The notes under the pieces were generated by a model. That model was not told the DNA's origin. It ran no database searches and was given only the letters and a program-made list of their open reading frames with translations. From assembly GCF_000150275.1 (NCBI RefSeq), contig NW_002060953.1, positions 56,291 to 120,290 on the forward strand: a stretch of 64,000 bases of DNA, given 5' to 3'. Origin of the DNA: Trichoplax adhaerens. Taxonomy: Eukaryota; Animalia; Placozoa. Shown one piece after another: positions 13,654-27,018 of the stretch. Every line of letters starts with the position of its first letter. Position 1 is the first letter of the stretch. The position numbers were made by a program, and so were the translations under genes.

Positions 13654-14148
13654 TGTCAAAAACTTATGTTGCGAACTTCTACACTAAACTAATAGATTAC
13701 TTATGCCTTGCTCCACTACACCTGGAGATCTACTGTATGGTAGTTCTTTACTACTTTCGGCCACACAGGGATAAGACTGTTCTAAAAGCTTAGTAAAGTT
13801 TTTATTAGTAGAGTAGCTGAGTACCTTCTCGTACACGATCTAATAAGGAACTCAGGAACTGAGCATTCGCTCGTCCTTTATACCATTCCACTAAATTTAT
13901 GGTGCACACATAGTAACTTGACAATATAAGATTTACATGATTTGTATAGGGTGCTAACGTGTCGCCATTATTAATATCTACTGTATATAGGCTCTACTAA
14001 TTAATTGCAAATACAATTATGCCTTTTGTCGTCTAGCAATCTAGACATTAATATTCTTAATTTCAATTATCGCTTACCAATATGATCCATTAGCTAAATA
14101 CTGACAAAATCTATTTAATTAGCAAGTACGGTGCTTTACTCCGTAACA
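13654..14148 (-). mobile_element. Probable solo LTR, family C (495 bp)
   Basis: Minus-strand termini TGTTACGG...TTGACA; perfect 5-bp TSD GTTAG (13649-13653 / 14149-14153); minus-strand TATAAA (13877-13882) followed by AATAAA (13801-13806); second copy at 44439-44838. Confidence 0.88.
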
Positions 14149-15110
14149 GTTAGAAAATTAACAGATTAATTAACACTATTTGAAGATAGATATTAACGAG
14201 GAGCAAACTGCTCTACAAACACGAAAACGTATCAATTATATGAAACAAGCCAGCATCTTTACTGATTAATTTACCGAATCTAAGCAATAATAACTGTTTC
14301 ATCACTTTCAGTAAGAAGTTTACAGTTTCAAGCTTAAAGACAACGAAAATTGAGATTTAATAATTTTCTCAATAAATTTCTAAATTTGCTAAAGTATGCT
14401 GAATACTGTACTTCCTATGACTTGGCATGTCGTTGCAACCTATAGCTTACTTAATTAATATTATATTAATATGCGCTACAGCTACAGCTAAATTATCATG
14501 ACGCAGATAATTGACGCGTTTTACATTGTTAATGAAAAAATGACTTTCCTTCTTCTTAGAAAATAATACCGTAGAGTAACGAATAGTTTTCTAGTGATGA
14601 TAAAATATACTTTTAAGGTGGTGGAAATTTAAATAAAGGACTTTGTCACGTTTTAATATAATGGGTTATAATACTCTTATATAAAATTTATATTCAGTAT
14701 AGCTATTGTTGATAATTAAAAATTAAGCGTTCGTTGATTAATAATTCAACTATCAAACGATATTGAGATACATTATGCCTTTTCTGCATATTAAAATTTT
14801 ACCCCAATTCTTTATAAATTAAATCTGTAATAACTTAACAGTGTTAATTCTAGTTAACAATCTAGGATGTTGCTCCTTCTAACAAAATTGAAAAACAAAT
14901 GTAATCAAATTTTTACTTTCCAAACGAAATCCAGTTATAAACACTGTCATACGGTATCATTTAAACCTATAACTAAAGCATCGAAGAGATAATACTTTAA
15001 AGTAAAGCTGGATCTACATCCTTCCTTTCATCAGGTATAAGCGTGTTTCTACGAAGGACTGATAAAACAAATTACTAATTTTCCGAAAATCTCAATTTAA
15101 AATTATTAAA

Positions 15111-16112
15111 ATGGCTGGTCAGCCACAATTTTTAATCGATAATTTATCAGTTCTATCGAAAGAAATTGTATGCGAATCCACAATATCTCCAACAGATTAT
15201 GATCCAAGTCAAGTAAAGATTACCATTATTGCCACCGTGTGTATTGTAATAAGCTTGATTTCTATCCCATGCAATCTATTTAATATCATTATTATATATG
15301 TTTCACCGATTCTTCACAACATGAACAACATATTGTTGTGTAACTTATTGTTTATAGATCTTATGAACGGCTTAATCGTTCTTCCGCTGATAACTGTAGT
15401 ATCGCTGAATAGAAATCATGACTACAACTTATGCCAATTGCAAGGAATCATTCTACATTTAAATTATTCGGCATCTTTAACGGCTTCATTGGCTATAACC
15501 GTAGATCGCTGTTTTGCAGTGGTCAATCCATACCGCTATAAATCCTACATTAATAAGAAGCGATGTTTTTTAATAGCCATATGCACCTGGACTGTCCCTA
15601 CCATTCTTGCATTTCTACCGGTATTGGGTTTACATAAGTACGGTTTGGGAAAATATTTCGCGCCGATTTTCTGTGGAACTTCATTTGACCAATTTGATAA
15701 TAACCACGTCTTGCAAGCCATATTAAACATCTTTATTGTTGTAATCACAATTAGTATTATAACTTGTTACACCGTTATATTTATTATTGCGTATGAAAAA
15801 TCGGCACAAGATATTTTGGGAAGCAGCAACATAAAAAAGTCGATTCGAACTACATCTTTAATTGTTGGCACTAACCTTTTATGTTGGTTACCTTTCATGA
15901 TTTTTAATTTACTTGAATATATCAACCGTAATCATGAAATATCCAACAAGCCAACTCCTTTCAACATTACTTCCTTGCTACTAATGCTTAGCAATGCCGC
16001 TGTCAATCCTATCATATATGCTAGTACAAACAAATTCATACGTAAGCGTTATCACCAATTTTTTTCTTCCAAAAATGTGTTTAATATTCATGATCAGAAC
16101 TTTCAATCTTAA
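15111..16112 (+). CDS. Class A 7TM GPCR, intact, 333 aa
   Basis: Paralogue of 2601..3581: LHNMNN, CQLQG, DRC, YGLGKY, SIRTTSLIVGTNLLCWLP, NPIIY. Confidence 0.95.
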   Translation: MAGQPQFLIDNLSVLSKEIVCESTISPTDYDPSQVKITIIATVCIVISLISIPCNLFNIIIIYVSPILHNMNNILLCNLLFIDLMNGLIVLPLITVVSLNRNHDYNLCQLQGIILHLNYSASLTASLAITVDRCFAVVNPYRYKSYINKKRCFLIAICTWTVPTILAFLPVLGLHKYGLGKYFAPIFCGTSFDQFDNNHVLQAILNIFIVVITISIITCYTVIFIIAYEKSAQDILGSSNIKKSIRTTSLIVGTNLLCWLPFMIFNLLEYINRNHEISNKPTPFNITSLLLMLSNAAVNPIIYASTNKFIRKRYHQFFSSKNVFNIHDQNFQS

Positions 16113-19100
16113 CTAAGCAAAAACAGGATAATTTGTTGATTTTTATTAACCTTTTGATAAACCATTGTACATCAAGTGCATCATTTTCTTAATATAAATT
16201 GAATAAATTTATTCTCCGATATTGTTACTATAATTAAAGCGTTCTAGTTTGATTCGAATAATGAACTAAAAATTGATAGAGTAAATATTTCCTTCGGTTT
16301 AATTGAGGGCTACAATATTAATTTATGATGGTAACTAATTTTTCGTATTAATTTTGAGGAAGAGTCCATGCTCCTTACGTTTAGCAGTTACTGTTATCCA
16401 GAATACCATATTTAGGTACTAAAGTAATAAAGCAGACCTTGGCAATTAATGCTTAGGTTATCTATATCATTTGAAAATATTGTAAACTAAAGCATATTTG
16501 GAGCATGATTGTAGTATAATTGAAATTAACGAATTTATAGCGTTATTCGATCTAAATCAACAAATTTTGTAGAATCGTTCATTATTTGGATGGGATAATT
16601 CCTATCACAATATCTAATTATTTGTCAAAACTTAACCTAAATTAATTAGTTCGATCTTGAGACTATAACTACCTATCGATTAACTTTATATTGACAACTA
16701 CTAATTTAATTTCAGTTGGGGATCACAAAAATCTAAGAATCGAATGAAAGAAATACTGGATTGCAATTGAGAATTGAATAAGAGTTTAATCCTTGTAGAT
16801 GAGCAATTTTCACAAGAGAATTGATACATTATCGCCATAAACCATAAAAAATTATTAGTGAATAGCTCAGCAGAATTGCACTTACAAATACTATCCGAAC
16901 AAAAGCGCATTGTGATAGACTGGCATTATTTATCCGCCTAGTAGATCGTCATAATCAATTACGCTTAAGTTGATTTTCGTTAAAAATACGTATGCATTGA
17001 AACGATGTTTTTTTCACTATGTGCCGATTCAGAACAATGGCATGGTATTTAGTAATAAAACATTTGATTTAAAGGTATATCACAATTGGTGATTATCCAT
17101 TTTCTTCGAGAACTCATAGTCAGGTTCACGATGGTGGAGTAAAAGTGATATTTATACTCGATTTAGAGGTAACTGGAGTAGTAGACAACAAAAGCAATCA
17201 AATAGTTTCTTAACGACGGACTTAAAATATTTTAGCAGCAGAGAAAAGCTGTCAAAATAACGGATATTTACGTCTATTATCATTAGTTGCAGATATCGTA
17301 AAGAAATACTACGGATCAGTATTTTTAAGATTGTATAACAATAGCACTGTAGTTCACCGCCGTTTCAGCTGTAACAACTTCTGCTATTTACTCTCTGAAT
17401 GTTTAACCGTAAAGCTTTTCAAATGCAAAATTTTCAACCATATAAAATTTATCATTTTATATAACATACGTAATAATAACATATATGCCAGTATAATATA
17501 ACTAGTAATATTATTTTTTGAAAGATCATTTCATAATTCATTCATTCAATTATAAATGTAGACATATAATAATTAGTTTATTGACTAAGATATGCTAACT
17601 ATTACGACCACGTGATCATTTTTTTTACCAAATCTTATAAATATTCTATTCGGGCAAAGAAGTGATTTACTCTGCTCCGTTCTACTGATTGCGTGATCGT
17701 GACTACAGAAAAATTTTTTCAAGGTTTTGAAATTATAACTTGCAGGACAGTGTGCAATTTAATACAGGTTTGTTTTTATAATTTATAGTTATCAATTTAT
17801 TATATGCATTCAATAAGATTAAGGTGAGGAATTAGTCATTTCATAAATGATATAAATTTTTTTTTAAGATTTTTTACTCACGAAAATGAAACTAGCTATT
17901 TTAATTTTAATTGATAATTTGTATGAGTAAATTTCTTTAATTAAAAGCTACTCATAAAATCTTTCATAAATCAGCCAATGTATTATTTTATCGACTATCG
18001 GAATATCAGTCTAAACTTTAATATAGCTAGCCATGATACTAGCGTTAAAATACAACGTTGTATTTCTGCACATTCAAATACAATCAAGTACTGGGCATTT
18101 ATCAATTAGGCCTACATTCAGCATACATTTAAAACTATAACTATAGATTATAACGGTAATGGATCTAAATTGTAAATATCTATTGTTACTAGATAAAGTC
18201 TATGCTTTAATTACAGGTCAGAACTCCTTCGCGATGTCAGTATCTTTATATTTAAGTGTTATGGTGATCCTTCATAATAGCCCCATTTTACTCCTTTCAA
18301 TAACTAAATGAGTAGCTCGCTAGCAAATTGCAAATATCAGCAATAGTTTTCAAAGCTGCCGCTTACTAGAAGTGAATATGTATTCCTGCTATTTTCTAAA
18401 ATCTTGAATTTAAACGGGTTACTACTGTCGATCAAATTATCGACTGAGTTATTTTACAGCAGATCGAAACTTGACCTGTCAATGATAATATCTCCATGAT
18501 TTCAATCGCTATATGAAGGAAATTTGAAATTAAATATCATTTTTAATTCACTTTTACAATAATTTTAAAAGAAAATAATGTTTATCAATAACAAGATATG
18601 CATAAGAATGCTAAATTGTAGTTCTAGTTTTACTATTGATTTGCCAGATTTGCAGGGAATATTTAGGATACAACTAATTGAAGAATCTTTGATCGTTAAT
18701 TTGGTCTTTACGTTGGTTTAATCTGTATTTTCTCAAGAAGGACTTAATAGTTAAGCTACTTGAACTAATAAATTTTCTTTCGTTTAGACATTGAAAACTA
18801 TCTACTGTGAAGTTTACTCTAGTAAACGCTAACTTGATTGTGCGTTAACAGCTTTACCAATATTAATAGGACTTGCAACTACAATCTACAATAGTATCCA
18901 TTTCTAACGGATGTTTTTTTCCTGTTTTTAAAAGTTATTGTCATGTCACTTTCTTTATCGCCATAAAGATGTGATAGCATAAGAGTAAAATGCTAAATTT
19001 AGCATTCTATGATCGATTTAACCCCTTTACTGTAAATTCATCGAATGGTAGCCGACATAATATATAAACTAGCGAAATTGTATTACATCTTGTCTTGATA

Positions 19101-22100
19101 CAATTTGACAGACAAAGTTTAATGCAGAAAAAAGCTATTAAGTATCATTTAATTAGGCTTTCAACGTCTGTCTATAGAAATATCTGCTATATAATGACCT
19201 TTTTTATTTGAAATCTTTTAAAGAGAATGTCAAAAAGCATTAAATAACAGCCAAGTAGTACGTTTTTAATTCTAACGTTTATTTCTAAGTATCACTAAAA
19301 AACTTAATGGAGCCTGAGACTTGACTAGTCTATAATTTAGAATATCCTTCTCGCATCTCTCATTCGGTATGACTCATTGCATTGACCATTCACTCTCATC
19401 AAGATGTTAAGTGTATACTTGATGCGAAATGGATGTGAAAATATCTTTCTTTACCGTGTCGTGTAATAATTTTTTCTTAACTGTTAAGACATTGTACACC
19501 ATATAGCATTCCATTGCAATTTTGTAATTGCAAGTTATGAGACTATTGAGGTTTACGAGCAAGATTCAAGGCATTTGTATCTTTATTTGTTGGACCAGTA
19601 TTGTTAATTGAAAAGAGCACCATACACCTCTAGAAGTATTCTATATACAAAGCAAATCTTTAAAAATACTACAATATTTAAGAAATATAAGTTAGCACTA
19701 AAATCTGTTCATTGTTAAAAATCCTATAATATATCGTAAATTTAGTAAAATATCCCAAATAAATTTATCATCTCCAATACTAAATATCATGAGATAATTT
19801 TTTAAAAGTTAAAGAGAATTATTTGCAAGAGTAATTGAAAAGAATATAGAATATCGCAATGGCCTCCTCTCATTATAAAAAGCGTAATATAGTAACAATA
19901 CTAACTAAATTACTATTCTGCGGGTTATATAGTATAATATGGCATCATTGATTTGATTACAATTATTTACATAAGAGAAAGCCATTCATTAAACAAAATT
20001 AAGGAAGCTGAAATATAAAATCACGATAAATGATAGTTAATTGCTTCCTGTCGCTTTACGGTTATCGATTTTAATACCCTTGTATTTATCGATAACATAT
20101 GATATTAATTACATAGAACTTCAGGTTATTTCCGCGTTGCGCGTACAGCAACTGTAAAATTCGCAAATTTTAAGAAACGGCTCAAGACAAATGCAGCCAA
20201 TTCTAAAATGTAAAAGTAGCCATTTTAACAGAAATTCGAAATAATTCATCAAAAGCTATCATAAATATTTTACGATAAGTACATTAAATATCATCTTACT
20301 GTAATAATTGAATTGTTCTCAAATTTCATGCAATTTACTAAAAAGATATTTAAGTCCAACTAAGATCATTCAATGTACCGTAACATAATACCCTCGGAGT
20401 TCATTTCCTTAAATACTATTGTGCTGTACCTATACTGTTAATGATATCCTTTGTACTAGGGTTTTTATATAAATTACTGCTTCCAACGTTAATCCAAGAG
20501 TACTTCCCTAAGGGCGAACTGGCAATTAGTAACTGACAACTTCTCAATAGCTTTTTTACCGAAACATAGTGTAGTAGTAAATAAATTTTACTTATATCAT
20601 ACCGTAATAAATCGTGCGTATTAAATTTGAATCAATCAGTCAATCAGCAATTTTTCACATTTTAAACCTAAAATTTGATTAATATATTCTACGTTCAAGT
20701 TAACATGCATGTGTTTACTATGTTTTGCGCTTAGATTACTGCTCAATCTCACCTATGACTATTTTTACCTACATTATATCACTTGCTACGGCAGCGTATT
20801 GTCTAGCTTTCCAATACTAATCTTCGTGAATAATATCAATAAATTACAATAGCATACTAAATTAAGGAAATTATTATTTATAGCATCTTACATTTTCTGG
20901 GATCTATCGTCTTTTACACGATTACGTTAAGCAAAAGGCCATTACAAATGGGAGTACTAGTAAAATATATGCTCGATTATTTCATATCGCCCGTAAGGTT
21001 GATAATTAGCTGAGAGTTCCAAATCATTGTTTCGACATGAATAAGAAGAAATGAAACTTCCAGTTCATGAAATTGGGGGTAGCCATTTTTCAGTCGAACT
21101 TATTAATCCCTTAGTGACTTAGATAGTTCGAAATTTTATGTTGACAAATATTGAAGGATTGATTGTATGGCAATTCTGAGAGCTTGCACAGGTTACTCTT
21201 TGATAGCATTTACATGTTAGAAAGATGAATTTATACTTAATTTCCTTGCAATACCATGCGATACTGTTTACAAACATAAGCTTCTGATGGCTATTTTTAG
21301 ATAATTGGCCTACAATTTAGCTATAACTAATTCATCGATGCTATCATGTTTAATATCCGTTACTATACAACATACAATTCACGAAAGACTAGTCATTATA
21401 TAGCAGTTGCTCTTACAGCAAGTGCAAATTTAATCTCGATCATAAAGTAAGAACATTTAATTCATCAATTTATTAATATATTCTTTACGGCAATTCATGC
21501 GGTAATACAGATACTCTGCCAAAATAAGCGAACGCGAATCCAGTTAATTGTGAATAATTACGATAAAAGATACTAGCAAGTATGTTTACAATTTGTCATA
21601 ATTCTATGAGTACGAAAAATTGAATACATATAATATTCAGTAATATCTTAGTGTGTTCATAAATTGCTGTTGTATGCTATTGAATGACAACGACCATCTT
21701 TAAAATTAAAAATTGAAAGTTGACAGTGTACAAATAGCACAGGAAGGTTACCGAAAATTTTAACCATCAACAACACTGAAAATGTACACTTTATTCGCAA
21801 ATGCATGTAGATTTAAAAGTAAGCAATAAAAGTTATCTAGAATTAGATTAATTTCCTGCTTAACTTTTAATTGAGCCTTTCCGCTGAACTGAACATAATT
21901 ACGATATTCTATTGCAAAATAGCATCTCAGGATACAGTTGAAACTCATTTGAGGTATCGAATAAATAATACTAAAATCTTGCAACATCAATAGTTCAAAA
22001 TATAATAATTGAAAAGTATTTTATTATAGTTTTCATTTTAATATCACTTATTGTCGCGTGTTGGGCGGCGCAGTAGCAGGTAAGCAAATTCTTATGATGC

Positions 22101-22235
22101 GGAAACTGATCAAATAGAAATTCTTTTTTCGCTTTAAGTTCAGCTAACTTGCATATAAATTAAGAGCACTGACGTATATTCCATACAATAAATTCAAATA
22201 TTAATTATTAGAATTTATCTTTACAACAAAGGAAC

Positions 22236-22246
22236 TAATTTCCTGT
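22236..22246 (+). promoter_or_regulatory. Candidate shared upstream motif TAATTTCCTGT
   Basis: The same 11-mer occurs at 30982 and 42859; each copy is 300-450 bp upstream of a GPCR ATG and in the same orientation. Confidence 0.35.
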
Positions 22247-22664
22247 TATTATATGCCATACTTGTTCAATATAAATGATTTATTATTTCTTCGAAAGAAG
22301 ATTTCAAAAAATATTTATGACTTCTGAATTGATAAAATAATTTGCACATACTGTTAATCTAGTGTGCTGAAGATTAACGAGAATGATACATTAAATGCTA
22401 TCGAATAGTTCTGACAGTATCAGGAAACCTTTTGATAATTAAATAACTTTACGCGTTAAATTGATGTTTACTCATGTTGATAATTAATTTAAGAAAGATT
22501 TTATCTGCTTTTTCAGTTAAATTTCATCAACTGCAGAAGAACATCTAATTAAAAAAAATCATGGCTAATAGGATTTAAGGGCGGCACTTATGTGAGGAGT
22601 CTTTTTTATCATACATACTTCATAGTTCTAGTTAGCAGTGAAGCAACAAATCAAACCAAAGATT

Positions 22665-23654
22665 ATGGCCAACAGCTTGACCACTACCCAGATAAGCCCA
22701 CCACTTACACAGTTTAATACAAGTGTCTTAAATTTGGCTACCAACCAATCAATATCTAGCCCAAACATACAATTCATATACAACCCTGCGAAAGCCGTCA
22801 TATACGCTGTTGTTCTATCTATTTTCAGCATGATATCCATTCCACTTAATCTATTTAATTTAATCACCTTGTATCGTAATCCTATCTTGCACAACATGAA
22901 CAATTTGCTCATTGGAAACCTAGCTTTAGTCGATTTTCTAAATGGACTGATTGTTTTACCACTTATTATTCTTACATCGCTAATAGGCTATCCAGGCCAT
23001 TTCATATGCCAATTACAAGGATTTTTCGTACTTATGCTGTATTTGGCTTCGTTATCGTCTACATCAGCAATTAGTGTTGACCGTTTTTATGCAGTTATCA
23101 AGCCCTTTCGTTATAGTTCCATCATTACTCCTAAAAAATGTATCATTATAACATTATATATTTGGCTTATACCGTTAATATTTGGGATTACACCTACGCT
23201 TGGATTGCAAAAATATGGTTTGGGACGTTATTTTCTGCTATATTTTTGCGCGATCTCTTTTGAAAAATTTCAAGAAAACTACTTGATACATGCCTTACTA
23301 ATGTTTTATATTATTATTATTATGTTTGTGATCATGCTTAGCTATGGAATTATGTTTTATGTGGCTTACCGAAAATCTGTACAAGATTTAACTGCGAACA
23401 GTACGTTAAGACGATCAATTAGAACTACGGTCTTACTGGTAGGAACAAATATTATTTGTTGGCTTCCCTGGCTGGCATATAGTGTTGACAGTTACCAAAC
23501 ACGTAATATATTCAATCTTGATAAACCTACCTATTTAAATATTGTGTCCTTATTACTTGTATTCAGCAATACAGCTATGAATCCTGTTATATATTCCTTA
23601 ACAAATAGTCAATTACGTGCAAAATTAAGAAAAATCTTACCGAGTTTCAATTGA
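22665..23654 (+). CDS. Class A 7TM GPCR, intact, 329 aa from the first ATG
   Basis: The ORF-track start at 22638 is GTG; first in-frame ATG is 22665 (attATGg). Motifs LHNMNN, NLALVD, CQLQGF, DRF, CWLP, NPVIY. Confidence 0.94.
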   Translation: MANSLTTTQISPPLTQFNTSVLNLATNQSISSPNIQFIYNPAKAVIYAVVLSIFSMISIPLNLFNLITLYRNPILHNMNNLLIGNLALVDFLNGLIVLPLIILTSLIGYPGHFICQLQGFFVLMLYLASLSSTSAISVDRFYAVIKPFRYSSIITPKKCIIITLYIWLIPLIFGITPTLGLQKYGLGRYFLLYFCAISFEKFQENYLIHALLMFYIIIIMFVIMLSYGIMFYVAYRKSVQDLTANSTLRRSIRTTVLLVGTNIICWLPWLAYSVDSYQTRNIFNLDKPTYLNIVSLLLVFSNTAMNPVIYSLTNSQLRAKLRKILPSFN

Positions 23655-23754
23655 TACTTTATACGTTATGTAATACTTAGTTACCAATTTAATACTTGAA
23701 AAGTAATAAAGAGCATGTTAATAGTTTATATAACGAACATAATTATCTTTTCAT

Positions 23755-23911
23755 NNNNNNNNNNNNNNNNNNNNNNNNNNNNNNNNNNNNNNNNNNNNNN
23801 NNNNNNNNNNNNNNNNNNNNNNNNNNNNNNNNNNNNNNNNNNNNNNNNNNNNNNNNNNNNNNNNNNNNNNNNNNNNNNNNNNNNNNNNNNNNNNNNNNNN
23901 NNNNNNNNNNN
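23755..23911. other. Assembly gap (157 N)
   Basis: Run of N. Confidence 0.99.
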
Positions 23912-25832
23912 TGCACTTTCTTCACATTTTAGTTCAGTACATTTTTCTTATCATAAACACAAATAAAATATACCAGATATATTTCATACGTGATTTCTAC
24001 ATTTCCATTTACATGGTGCATTTATTTGTGTATAACATATATATCTATCGGTATATTGTACTTTTTCTAACATCACAATTTGCTCTTTGCTCATTTATCT
24101 TCACATTTAAAAATAAAGTACTGATATTTATTCGTAACTTGCTGAAGTTTTCCAAGCTTTAAACTATTAGCTAAAAATTTACGAGTGTCATAAAAGGGTT
24201 TTGTAGCCCTTAAATGACCTTTATCTATCTCAAATTCTTTTTTAATATAGAGTAAACTTCTAATATGATACAAATACTTATCGAGTGAAGTCTGTAAGGG
24301 TATGATAGCGTTTACATAAGGTGACATAAGGTGTCTTATACTAGAAAATTGCAAGTGCGCTATCTAATTCTTTTAACCACCTACTATATGTAATGAAGGT
24401 TAATATTTAGTATTCTCCTTCATAGAATATTTCTTTATTTAGTAATGTATTGTAAGATGATTTAAGAATTTAGAGTAGGACTTGCAAGTAATATCCAAAT
24501 TAGTGTAGATGATAGTGGAAGGATTGTGTCAGACAGTATAATGTTATACCTATTGCAAGACTCACTTAAACGGCTTTTTAATTTATAAAGTAAAATATAT
24601 TAAATAAACTGGTGTTGTTCCCCTAATCTCTATCTTGGTTCAAAGTGTCAGCAACCTTAGGGTATCTTAGCAAAATTAAGCTAAATTATTACATATACTA
24701 CTACAATTAGCTGAAATCATTGCACTAGGTTACTTTAAGACTTTGGTTTATGTTCTCTTGCCACAGAGAGTAGTTTATGATAGTCATATTTTTCATATCC
24801 TATTAGTATGGATAACTTGATCATTTAATTAATATATGGCTTCACAACTGAAGAAGTATTTTGTAAAACATGAAAATCTCGTTGAACATTAATTATATTA
24901 TTTACATGATTCAATATTCATAGTTTGAGATATTACCCATAAATTTTGACTCTTTTTTAGATAGATTGAAAGTGCTTCTCTTGCAAGGTCTAATAATTAC
25001 TAATAATCGCTGACTATCTGAGAATGATGTGAAGGTTAGTATAAAAAATTACTTCGTCAATAATTAGTTTGAAAATTGTAGTCGAAGGACGATATATTTA
25101 TTACTCCTTATTTCAATAGTTGATTATAACTTTTATGTTAACTATTATGGAACACCGGTAAAATGTCAATTTTTATATTTACGTTTAAATAGAGCATCAT
25201 GTAAAAGCAAAATTCGTGAATATAGTTTGTTTTGTAGATATTTATTAGTAAGCAATTTACATTTACTTGCCTATTGCACTTTTAGAATTCCTAGCCATGC
25301 ATTAGTTAATTGTTGCTATCAATTGAACGCGGCAGCTATTAATCATGCTTGCTTTAATTCTTCAAATGAATTTGTTAGCCAATATCTACAGAATTTTGCA
25401 ATAAATATTATTTTAGAAAAGGTGTCCACAGAGATATTTTTTAGTAATTTTAAGAAAAAGTTCAATTTGTTTACATCTAGTAGGTAGTACATGCCCCTAT
25501 CATCATTGCATTTATGTTAGTAATATAGATGCATATCAATTACGTAAATTAAAGTAATAAACTGTGCATGCCAGTCACCAATATTCCCGCTTATATTAAC
25601 ATTTAAGGAGGATACCATGAATCATATCATACCAAAATATTTATCTAGATATCTCGTGTACAATAGTAGATAATAGAAAAAATTTTTATGAAACCTAGCC
25701 ACACTTTATTCATGTATTAAAATTTAAAATTTATATCAAATGTAGGGATTTTGGGCTTAAGATAGTTAAGCTAATCACTACAATGTATAGACAGAAAGCA
25801 GATGCCAATAATAAAGGAAATACTAAGGTGAT

Positions 25833-27018
25833 TGTAGCAAAGGACAAAAAAAGCAGAGTCCTTTATAGCTATTAGTATAAAACTAATATTACTTTACTAT
25901 AGAAAATACCTTGAAAATGAAAGTATCTTGAAGTTTTACCCGACCAAATTGCGAAGTTGCTATCTTTCCCTCTTCATTACTTTACAAGGCTCTGTATAGA
26001 TTACTATAGGAATAACCTAAGAGCAATCGCCTAATCTAAAGAAAGGATGTTTGATAGTCTATTAGAATTGTAATTGAATTTGACTTAGTAACAAAGCTCT
26101 TTCCATATAGAAAGGGGAATTAGAACCTGACATTAAAGTACTGCAATCTAGGCTATAATCGTACAGCTACTGCACAACTTCATTCTAAAACATCAACTGT
26201 CAATACTAATGTCAGAAAAGTAGTCTTAGTTGTCATGTAACATTTTTTGACTAGCGATTATGTGATCTTTATAAAATTTGAATTTTTTCGGATTCAGATT
26301 CCGGAACCGGTCGGATCTGTATCAGATATAAATTTTGGATTTTAATTTTTAATTTTTGGAAAATGTTGTGGGAGTTGATTTTTTGAAATTTGAACTTTTT
26401 GTTGTAAATTTGAAACTTTGGAATTTTACGACATGACATGAAAGTTAGATTAGGAAAGTTTAGTTGAGAAAATAGAAAATAAGATAGCAAATGGAATAGA
26501 TTATGTTGATCCTTATGTAATTAAACTGTTATTTTATGACTAAATCTTGATATTTAAAGGTAAATTTTAGACTTTTATAACGTAATAGCGATTAAGAATT
26601 ATGTTAGAAGGGAAGCTTGATGTATTTTATAGTTACTTTATTAGTTTTATAGTGTTTTGTCAGGGAATCATAAGATGAATTGTGTCTGAAGTTTGAATCA
26701 TTTTCGTTTTCTTAAGTTGAGCAAAGTAGTTTTCTAAAATGGATCTTAATAGTGACTAGTTAATAAAAGTTTACTTTTAAATACCACTGAGGGCTCTGCG
26801 AGGCCTGTAAATGATAGTGAAATCAGAAAATTTAGAGTAGAGAGTAAAAGAAGATTTTTCTGAAGAACCAGTTTAATTTCTAAGACCTTCGAGGTCGAAG
26901 TATTGTATGTTAAAACTTTCTTCTTTTTGTTCGGTTTTTTGGTTGTTGATAGTTTCAATTCTGTTTTTTTTTTTATTTCTTCACTTATAATACTTAAAAT
27001 TAATTATTTGGAAGAACA
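25833..27018 (+). mobile_element. Family A element, diverged copy with a 3'-internal deletion (1186 bp)
   Basis: Starts TGTAGCAAAGG and is colinear with 12280-13460; homology stops near 27012, followed by AACA and TGAT, which matches the left flank TGAT (25829-25832). Confidence 0.78.

Noticed and set aside
23696-23966. ORFs containing X runs
   Set aside because: Artefacts of the N gap.
26269-26958. ORFs 26269..26490, 26746..26958 and 34215..34406
   Set aside because: They lie inside family A elements, have biased composition, and the frames are not preserved among copies.
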